Assembly (NCBI RefSeq): GCF_001612825.1
Contig: NZ_BDBE01000022.1
Location: forward strand, 19,906 to 43,905
DNA: 24,000 nt
Direction: 5' to 3'
Origin: Nocardia caishijiensis NBRC 108228
GTDB taxonomy: Bacteria; Actinomycetota; Actinomycetes; Mycobacteriales; Mycobacteriaceae
A model generated the notes under the pieces. It saw nothing but the letters and a program-made list of their open reading frames with translations. It had not been told where the DNA came from and made no database searches. A program made the translations under genes and the position numbers. Each line of letters opens with the position of its first letter. Positions within the stretch are counted from its first letter, which is position 1. Positions 9,216 to 15,066 of this stretch are shown piece by piece.

Positions 9216-9407
9216 ATGAACGCGGCGGACAGCACATCGCCCGAGGAGCGCGAGGCCGCGCGGCACAAGGCCGCCGAAGCGGCTCGGCTCGCGCGGATCT
9301 TCGGCGATGTGCTGCCCGAAACCACCGCTGACGAGCGCGGCGACGGTTCGCGCGGTTCCGACGACGACGAGTGGCTGCGTTCGCAAATACCGCCACATCA
9401 CGGGTGA
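9216..9407 (+). CDS. Small hypothetical acidic protein (63 aa)
   Basis: GC3 is high throughout and the ORF starts 5 nt after the moaB2 stop. It is followed by a hairpin terminator at 9494-9518. I recognise no family. Confidence 0.5.
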   Translation: MNAADSTSPEEREAARHKAAEAARLARIFGDVLPETTADERGDGSRGSDDDEWLRSQIPPHHG

Positions 9408-9493
9408 CCGGCCCGTTATCCGCCTATCCCGCTACGTGATAGCCAGCCTCCGTTAATCCGGCATTAACCCGTTGCGAAGCCGCTACATTTCCT

Positions 9494-9518
9494 CAGGACC
9501 ACACGCGAAGTGTGGTCC
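9494..9518 (+). terminator. Rho-independent-type terminator after the moaB2/small-ORF unit
   Basis: AGGACCACAC-gcgaa-GTGTGGTCCT: a perfect 10-bp stem with a 5-nt loop, followed by TTTGTCGT. Confidence 0.6.
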
Positions 9519-9571
9519 TTTGTCGTATAAGCGACCGTTTCGCGGTTTTGGAAGTGGAGCCGTTCATCCCA

Positions 9572-9600
9572 CTTGACAGGCCCGGGGATCGCAGCATTAA
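9572..9600 (+). promoter_or_regulatory. Candidate sigma-A-type promoter for the first porin pair (one of two candidates)
   Basis: TTGACA (9572-9577), 17-nt spacer, ATTAAT (9595-9600). The -35 is perfect and the -10 is only 4/6. An alternative is TTGCTG (9671-9676)-N18-TAATGT (9695-9700). No TSS data are available. Confidence 0.3.
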
Positions 9601-9933
9601 TGCACGTCAAAGCATGTGGCAATGTATGAACTTGTGGTGGTTGTCACAGTGAAATTTACGAACTCTTCGGTTGCTGGAACTGCCGCGCGGCGTTTAATGT
9701 TCGCCATCCAGAACCACCACAATCGGTCCCCGCAGTACTCAACTTCTGTGTGTTGAACACCGGTGCAGACCTACCCCCGGGTAACTTCACCGACCCCTTC
9801 CTCGTATCGCCGAAATAACAGTCGGTTACGTGATGGCAACAAAGGGGCGACACACTGAGCTGGGCCTGTGAGGTCCACCCGTCCGGTCACGAAAGTCGAG
9901 ACCGGCTGTTAGAGAACACTGATGAGGGGAAGT

Positions 9934-10611
9934 ATGAGCGAGAACCGCACCACCGGTGTGCGCCGCGGCGCCCGTGCCGCGGGCGTCGGCGCTGCCGCGG
10001 CCGCCATGGCCATCGGCCTGCTGTCGACCGGTGCCGCCAACGCAGATACCTTCGTGCCGTTGCCGGACGGCCAGAAGGCAGGCCCCGGGGTGACCATCAC
10101 CCGCACCGGCGAGCACGCCCTGATCTCGCCGTCCCTGGCGGCCAACGGCGCCGGTCGCGTCGTGTGGGTCTCCGGCTCGGCCATCGCCGACGTCACCGCG
10201 ACCCCCGAGGGCGAGGCAGGCCCCTGGAACGGTCCGAGCGGCCGCGACGGCTCCAACAACTCCTCCACCCACGGCACCTCCCAGCTGAACACCGGCTACA
10301 TCGTCGGTTGCCAGGTGAGCATCGCCGACGACGCGATCGGCGCCGGTGTGTCCGGTGGCGTGAGCACCGGCGGCGTGAGCGCAGGCGGTTCGATCGGTGT
10401 CAACCTGGGCCCCGGTGAGGTCAAGTTCGTGCAGATCAGCTCGAAGGACATCCTGAAGGCCGGTGTCTACGCGATCGATTACCAGGACGCGGAGATCGAG
10501 ATCCAGGGCTGCGCCGGTTACGCGCAGGCCCGGGCGTACACCGTGGTCGAGATCATCGGCGACCACTACTCGAAGACCACCCTGTACGGCGCGCCGTTCA
10601 GCATCGGCTGA
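9934..10611 (+). CDS. MspA-family mycomembrane porin, A-type paralogue 1 (NfpA-like)
   Basis: Sec signal peptide ending AANA|DTFVPLPDG. MspA-family landmarks are present: GYIVGCQV (MspA GYQIGFPW), LGPGEV (MspA GNGPGIQEV) and C-terminal TTLYGAPFSIG (MspA TTYGEPWNMN). I take the start at the second ATG (9934) after a GAGGGGA SD, matching paralogue A2. The tracked ORF starts at 9922. Confidence 0.85.
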   Translation: MSENRTTGVRRGARAAGVGAAAAAMAIGLLSTGAANADTFVPLPDGQKAGPGVTITRTGEHALISPSLAANGAGRVVWVSGSAIADVTATPEGEAGPWNGPSGRDGSNNSSTHGTSQLNTGYIVGCQVSIADDAIGAGVSGGVSTGGVSAGGSIGVNLGPGEVKFVQISSKDILKAGVYAIDYQDAEIEIQGCAGYAQARAYTVVEIIGDHYSKTTLYGAPFSIG

Positions 10612-10677
10612 CGTCTTTCGATCCGGTACGAACTTTCCTCTCGCTACGGCGAACTCACTCCTCGAGGGACAAATCCT

Positions 10678-11337
10678 ATGATCAACCGTAAGTTCATGGC
10701 GCGGATGGCGGGCGTCGGCGCCGCGGCCACCGTGGCTGTCGGCCTGTTCTCCACGGGCGCGGCCAATGCCGATACCTTCGTGCCGCTGCCGGGCGGCCAC
10801 ATCACCAAGACCCTGTCCGACGGCACCGTCGTCGACATCAGCCTGGTCGGCGAGTCCGCGCTCATCAGCCCGTCGATGGGTTCCACCCCGGTCCACCGCA
10901 ACGCGTGGGTGTCCGGTAGTGCCCAGGTCAGCGTCTCCGACGGTGGCAGCGGCAAGATCTACCCGGGCTACACCGTCGGTTGCCAGGTGAACATCGCCGG
11001 TGGCGGTGTCTCCGGTGACGGCTCGGTCGAATCCGATTGGGAAGGCAACGCTTCCGGCGGCATCGGCACCGGCGGCGAGCTCTCGCTCGGCCCCGGCCAG
11101 GCGAAGTCGTTCTACGTTCTCGACATCGAGAAGGCCGACGACTACGGCAACGAATCGCACAGCAAGAACAACAAGTTCAAGAACGGCAACGGCTCGGTGA
11201 CCTGGTCGGACACCACCATCGGCCTGTCCGGCTGCGCCGGTTACGCGCAGGCTCGTGCCTTCGTGAGCGTCGAGGTCGAGACCGACAACGTGATCAGCTG
11301 GGTCACCCTGTGGGGCCAGCCCTTCAGCCTCGGCTGA
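10678..11337 (+). CDS. MspA-family mycomembrane porin, B-type paralogue 1 (NfpB-like)
   Basis: Signal peptide ending AANA|DTFVPLPGG. Landmarks: HRNAWVSGSAQVSV (MspA TREWFHSGRAKYIV), GYTVGCQV, LGPGQA and C-terminal TLWGQPFSLG. A CTCGAGGGA SD is present, and the gene starts 66 nt after A1. Confidence 0.85.
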   Translation: MINRKFMARMAGVGAAATVAVGLFSTGAANADTFVPLPGGHITKTLSDGTVVDISLVGESALISPSMGSTPVHRNAWVSGSAQVSVSDGGSGKIYPGYTVGCQVNIAGGGVSGDGSVESDWEGNASGGIGTGGELSLGPGQAKSFYVLDIEKADDYGNESHSKNNKFKNGNGSVTWSDTTIGLSGCAGYAQARAFVSVEVETDNVISWVTLWGQPFSLG

Positions 11338-11348
11338 CCTGTTGTCCC

Positions 11349-11389
11349 GCCTCCCCGCGAATTCAGGCCAGACCTGGGCGCGGGGAGGC
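11349..11389 (+). terminator. Hairpin downstream of porin B1
   Basis: GCCTCCCCGCG (11349-11359) pairs perfectly with CGCGGGGAGGC (11379-11389) around a 19-nt loop. There is no U tract. Confidence 0.4.
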
Positions 11390-11479
11390 TTGCGTCGGCG
11401 GCCGGACCAGGATGGTGGCGGGGTCAGCCCGTCCCCGGCGAGTTACCCATGTCGGTGCGAGATCAGCTGATCGGTAAGC

Positions 11480-11511
11480 GAAAGGGCCCGTGCGTGTGCA
11501 CGGGTCCTTTC
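11480..11511 (+). terminator. Strong hairpin separating the two porin pairs (probable intrinsic terminator)
   Basis: GAAAGGGCCCGTGC-gtgt-GCACGGGTCCTTTC: a 14-bp stem with one G-U pair and a 4-nt loop. It lies immediately upstream of the candidate promoter at 11521-11549. Confidence 0.55.
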
Positions 11512-11520
11512 GGTGTTCGC

Positions 11521-11549
11521 TGGACATAGCCAAGGGCTCTCATTATGTT
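11521..11549 (+). promoter_or_regulatory. Candidate sigma-A-type promoter for the second porin pair
   Basis: TGGACA (11521-11526), 17-nt spacer, TATGTT (11544-11549, fits TANNNT), in a locally AT-richer patch. It would give a leader of about 225 nt to A2. Confidence 0.35.
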
Positions 11550-11779
11550 TGTTGCGAATCGACCGCTCTCGCGGTCGGATTCGTCCGTGTTTCGTTCGCC
11601 GATCGGCTGAGCTCGCGCCGATTCGGCGACCGCCAGCTTCTCGATCCACCTCCCGGCAGGACTGTCTGTCCTGTTGCCAGCGGTGCTCTGCCCTTGCGGC
11701 ACACTCGGCTGGGTCCGGGCGCTCGACAGATATCGACCTCGATGGTCGAGGTCGATTTGCGTATACCTCGAGGGGAACA

Positions 11780-12445
11780 ATGAGCGAGAACCGCACCAAT
11801 CGTGTGCGCAGCGCCTGGAGCGCAGGCGCCGCGGCGGCGGTGGCGATCGGCCTGCTGTCGGCCGGTGCCGCCAACGCCGATACCTTCGTGCCGCTGCCCG
11901 ACGGCCACAAGGCTGGGCCCGGTCTGAACATCACCCGCGTTGGCGAGCGGGCGACCATCTCGCCGTCGCTGGCCGCCAACGGCGCGGGCCGGGTGGCCTG
12001 GGTGACCGGCAGCGTCGTGGCCGACGTGCAGCAGACACCCGAGGGCGAACCGGGACCGTGGAACGGTCCGTCGGGTCGTCCCGGCTCCAACAATTCGTCC
12101 ACCCACGGCACGTCGCAGCTGAACACCGGCTACATCGTCGGTTGCCAGGTGAGCATCGCCGACGACGCGATCGGCGCCGGTGTGTCCGGTGGCGTGAGCA
12201 CCGGTGGCGTGAGCGCCGGTGGTTCGATCGGGCTCAATCTCGGCCCGGGTGAGGTGGCGTTCGCGCAGATCAGTTCGAAGGACATCACCAAGCCCGGCGT
12301 CTACGCCATCGACTACCAGGACGCCGAGATCCAGGTCCAGGGCTGCGGCGGCTACGCGCAGGCCCGCGCGTACACGGTGGTCGAGATCATCGGCGACCAC
12401 TACTCCAAGACCACGCTCTACGGCATGCCCTTCAGCATCGGCTGA
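11780..12445 (+). CDS. MspA-family mycomembrane porin, A-type paralogue 2
   Basis: Internal ATG 11780 (MSENRTNRV...) after a CTCGAGGGGA SD. The upstream part of tracked ORF 11513-12445 crosses the intergenic region. The mature part is about 88 percent identical to A1 by hand alignment (23 differences in 188 residues). Confidence 0.85.
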   Translation: MSENRTNRVRSAWSAGAAAAVAIGLLSAGAANADTFVPLPDGHKAGPGLNITRVGERATISPSLAANGAGRVAWVTGSVVADVQQTPEGEPGPWNGPSGRPGSNNSSTHGTSQLNTGYIVGCQVSIADDAIGAGVSGGVSTGGVSAGGSIGLNLGPGEVAFAQISSKDITKPGVYAIDYQDAEIQVQGCGGYAQARAYTVVEIIGDHYSKTTLYGMPFSIG

Positions 12446-12508
12446 GCCGGGCGATTCACCGAAAAACCTGCCAGCTCGATCGAATTCACCCTCGAGGGGT
12501 CTACTGAG

Positions 12509-13177
12509 ATGATCAATCGCAAGAGTCTGACGCGGGCGGCGGGCGTGGCTGCCGCCGTGTCCTGCACCATCGGATTGTGCTCCGTCGGTGCCGCCCATGC
12601 CGACACCTTCATCCCGCTGCCCGGCGGCGAGATCACCAAGACGCTGTCGGACGGAACCGTCGTGACCATCAAGATGGTCGGCGAATCGGCAACCATCAGC
12701 CCGTCGATGGGTTCCACTCCCGTGCACCGCAATGCCTGGGTGTCGGGCAGTGCCCAGGTGTCGGTGTCCGGTGGTGGTGATGCGTCCGGAGGCAAGATCT
12801 ACCCCGGCTACACCGTCGGTTGCCAGGTGAATATCGCCGGTGGTGGAGTGAGCGGCGAGGCCGAGGGCGAGATCGACAACGCGGGCACGGGAACCGGCGG
12901 CATCGGCACCGGCGGCGAGCTGTCGCTCGGTCCGGGCCAGGCGCAGTCGTTCTACGTGCTCGATCTCGAGAAGGCCGACGACTACGGCAACGAATCGCAT
13001 TCCAAGAACAACAAATTCAAGGGTTCCAACGGCTCGGTGACCTGGGCCGACGAAACCATCGGCCTGTCCGGCTGCGGCGGCTACGCGCAGGCGCGCTCGT
13101 TCGTCAGTGTTGAGGTCGAGACCGACAACGTCATCAGCTGGGTGACGCTGTGGGGGCAGCCCTTCAGCCTCGGCTGA
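12509..13177 (+). CDS. MspA-family mycomembrane porin, B-type paralogue 2
   Basis: 222 aa with an MINRK start after a CTCGAGGGG SD, 63 nt after A2. It is collinear with B1 except for a 3-aa indel and a divergent hairpin tip. Confidence 0.85.
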   Translation: MINRKSLTRAAGVAAAVSCTIGLCSVGAAHADTFIPLPGGEITKTLSDGTVVTIKMVGESATISPSMGSTPVHRNAWVSGSAQVSVSGGGDASGGKIYPGYTVGCQVNIAGGGVSGEAEGEIDNAGTGTGGIGTGGELSLGPGQAQSFYVLDLEKADDYGNESHSKNNKFKGSNGSVTWADETIGLSGCGGYAQARSFVSVEVETDNVISWVTLWGQPFSLG

Positions 13178-13203
13178 TCGCGCATCGGAACAGTCCGCGC
13201 TAC

Positions 13204-13246
13204 CGGGGTTTCGGGGTCGTGCTGTGTGCGCGACCCCGAAACCTCG
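13204..13246. terminator. Bidirectional hairpin between convergent porin B2 and the SAF-domain gene
   Basis: CGGGGTTTCGGGGTCG (13204-13219) pairs with CGACCCCGAAACCTCG (13231-13246): 16 bp with one G-U pair. The stem is extendable by 3 more pairs, leaving a 5-nt loop. Confidence 0.55.
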
Positions 13247-13278
13247 TGTCCGCGAACCGAACCGGTCGCCGAGCGGCA

Positions 13279-13938
13279 TCAATGGAAAACCACCGTCAGT
13301 GCCGTGCGTAACGACGCACCGGCCACAGCGGTCGCGTACTCGGTGGCCAGCGCTACGAGCACAACTCGCTCAGCTCGCCGATCGGCTGACGCGGTGACCA
13401 GCACGACGGCCGCATCCGTGGCGAGAGTGCGTGCCCGGGCAGCCGAGTCACCTGTGTCTTCCACGCCGACCACGTCCACCCGGTCACCCGCGCGCAGCAC
13501 CTCGGCCACCGCCGAATCGGCCAATCGGATCGGCACGATGCGGGCGTCCTCGGTACCCGCCGCGGCTGCCGCCAATCGTGGCCCGACCACCCGCAGATCG
13601 GTGAATGTCTCGCCCGCGCGCATCGCCCCGGTGAGGGTCGCACCGAGTAGGGGAGCGGTGTCGGTGGCGAAACCGGTTGGCAGCGTTCGGGTTTCGTGCT
13701 GATCGACTCGCATGTCGTCGGCGGTGAGCACCCGGCCCGGCGCCAGATCGTTGGCCGCGACCACCACGGATTGTCGCGCCCCTCCCGGATCGCCGCGCAC
13801 GAACAGGACCACCGCGACCACCGCGAGCGCGGCGGCGACGATTCGCCGCGCCAGCAGAGCATCGGCCCAGGCGGGGCGATTACCGAGGGCGAACCGCCAG
13901 GAGCTGCCACGTCCCAGGTCGGCAAGGCTGCGAGTCAT
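13279..13938 (-). CDS. SAF-domain (CpaB/RcpC-like) membrane-anchored protein, Rv0990c-like
   Basis: 219 aa with an N-terminal TM (IVAAALAVVAVVLFV) followed by a SAF-type VVVAANDLAPGRVLTADDMRV segment. Its position next to the FmdB and 5-FCL genes matches other Mycobacteriales. Confidence 0.8.
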   Translation of the reverse strand: MTRSLADLGRGSSWRFALGNRPAWADALLARRIVAAALAVVAVVLFVRGDPGGARQSVVVAANDLAPGRVLTADDMRVDQHETRTLPTGFATDTAPLLGATLTGAMRAGETFTDLRVVGPRLAAAAAGTEDARIVPIRLADSAVAEVLRAGDRVDVVGVEDTGDSAARARTLATDAAVVLVTASADRRAERVVLVALATEYATAVAGASLRTALTVVFH

Positions 13939-14022
13939 GCCCGAAGCCTAGGAACGCGGCGGGGTCACCGACAGCGGCGAAAGCCCGCCTGTGGACAACT
14001 CGGGGGTGTGGAGAACTTTCGA

Positions 14023-14316
14023 TCAGCTGGCGGCGGCCGGAGCGGCGGCGCTCGACGACGACCCGCTCGACGACGACCCGCTCGTGGAGCTGCCGTTACC
14101 GTCCGAGGTCTTCGCGGGCTCGCTCGCGGTCGACGCGCCACCACGGCTGTCGGTGCGGTAGAAACCGCTGCCCTTGAACACGATCCCGACCGAGTTGAAC
14201 AGCTTCCGCAGCTTCCCCGTGCACTGCGGGCATTCCGTCAGTGAATCCTCGGAGAAGGACTGAACGATGTCGAAGCGGTTGTCACACTCGGTGCACGCGT
14301 ATGAATAAGTTGGCAC
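14023..14316 (-). CDS. FmdB-family zinc-ribbon protein (Rv0991c-like) with Ser/Gly-rich tail
   Basis: MPTYSYACTECDNRFDIVQSFSEDSLTECPQCTG carries the CxxC...CxxC FmdB signature. GTG start with a GGAGG SD 5 nt upstream. Confidence 0.9.
   Translation of the reverse strand: MPTYSYACTECDNRFDIVQSFSEDSLTECPQCTGKLRKLFNSVGIVFKGSGFYRTDSRGGASTASEPAKTSDGNGSSTSGSSSSGSSSSAAAPAAAS
14050..14084 (-). repeat. 15-bp tandem repeat (2.3 copies) inside the FmdB tail
   Basis: GCTCGACGACGACCC GCTCGACGACGACCC GCTCG on the + strand. It encodes the (GSSSS)n segment. Confidence 0.8.
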
Positions 14317-14385
14317 AGGATCCTCCGCAAGTCTCGTCGATCTAGCACTCTACCGCCGACACTGCCAACCTCGCCAATCGCCTTT

Positions 14386-14985
14386 TCATTCCGCCGCTCG
14401 CGCGGGGGAATCGCCCAGTTCGCCGAGCCCTGCTCCGGGGGTCAACGCCCAGCCCATCCGCCGGTCGTGCGGTTCCTCGGGCAGCTCGGCCACCAGCTCG
14501 GCGTCCCGGACGACCGCGATCAACCGAGCGTCCGCGTCGGCCGCGCCGAGCGTGCGGTCGTAGTAGCCCGCACCGCGGCCGAGCCGTACGCCACGCCGGT
14601 CGACCGCCAGCGCGGGCACCAGAATCGTCGCGGCGTCGGCGACCGTCGCGGGCGGCAAGGTCTCGGTGGTCGGTTCGAGCAGGCCGTAGCGCGCGCGACG
14701 CAGCGAATCGGCGCCCGCGTAGCGCGCCCAACTCAGCGGACCGGGCGCTCCGGTGACCGGCAGCAACACTGTGGCGCCGCGCTCGCGCAGGGCGTCGAGC
14801 ATGCGTAGATCGCCCGGTTCGCCACGGGTCGGCACGTAGGCGCACACCACCTCGTCCGCCCCGGCCAGCAGGGCCGCGGCCGCCGCGAGGGCACTCGCCT
14901 CGCGGGCGTGTTCGGCGGGTCCGAGGGCCGCCCGGGTGGCCAGGATCTCACGTCGCCACGCATATTTCGTGCGCTCACCGGGCAT
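14386..14985 (-). CDS. 5-formyltetrahydrofolate cyclo-ligase (Rv0992c-like)
   Basis: Internal ATG 14985 (MPGERTKYAWRREILATR...). Family motifs are LLPV...LSW and VPALAVDRRGVRLGRGAGYYDR. The upstream 145 codons of tracked ORF 14386-15420 are antisense to galU and are rejected. Confidence 0.85.
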   Translation of the reverse strand: MPGERTKYAWRREILATRAALGPAEHAREASALAAAAALLAGADEVVCAYVPTRGEPGDLRMLDALRERGATVLLPVTGAPGPLSWARYAGADSLRRARYGLLEPTTETLPPATVADAATILVPALAVDRRGVRLGRGAGYYDRTLGAADADARLIAVVRDAELVAELPEEPHDRRMGWALTPGAGLGELGDSPARAAE

Positions 14986-15066
14986 CTCCACAGCGACCAC
15001 CCTAAGCTCTTGCCGACGCCGGATCGTCGCGACGGGCGATCGGACGGCACGCTGAATGGATAGGGT

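Larger units (their letters stand above)
9934..13177 (+). repeat. Tandem segmental duplication of an A/B porin gene pair (unit 1 9934-11337, unit 2 11780-13177)
   Basis: Gene order is A-B-A-B. A/A and B/B identities are well above A/B identity, and the A-B spacers are similar (66 and 63 nt). The leaders upstream of the two units are not alignable by eye. Confidence 0.8.

Noticed and set aside
9614-9652. Calling the 12-codon Trp-rich mini-ORF (MWQCMNLWWLSQ) as a CDS feature.
   Set aside because: It has no SD and uses rare AT-ending codons, and its relation to the TSS is unknown. I mention it only as a hypothesis within the leader finding.
9656-9853. 65-aa minus-strand ORF (MSPLCCHHVTDCYFG...) in the AT-rich porin leader.
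   Set aside because: GC3 is low and codon usage is atypical for this genome. It has no SD, and it sits in a region better explained as promoter and leader. I treat the Cys/His content as coincidental.
9409-9933. A known riboswitch or sRNA (for example 6C, c-di-AMP, TPP or cobalamin classes) or a decayed mscL gene in the AT-rich region.
   Set aside because: I recognise no conserved core sequence of those RNA classes, and no frame resembles MscL. I cannot exclude them without an Rfam or covariance-model scan, so the region is reported as an unclassified leader instead.
9826-13282. Very long minus-strand ORFs (9826-11160, 444 aa; 11543-13282, 579 aa) antisense to the porin genes and crossing the intergenic spacers.
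   Set aside because: They are Arg/Gly/Ala/Asp-rich with no recognisable domains. They sit opposite well-supported porin CDSs that have signal peptides, SD sites and family motifs. Stop-free antisense frames are expected at this G+C content.
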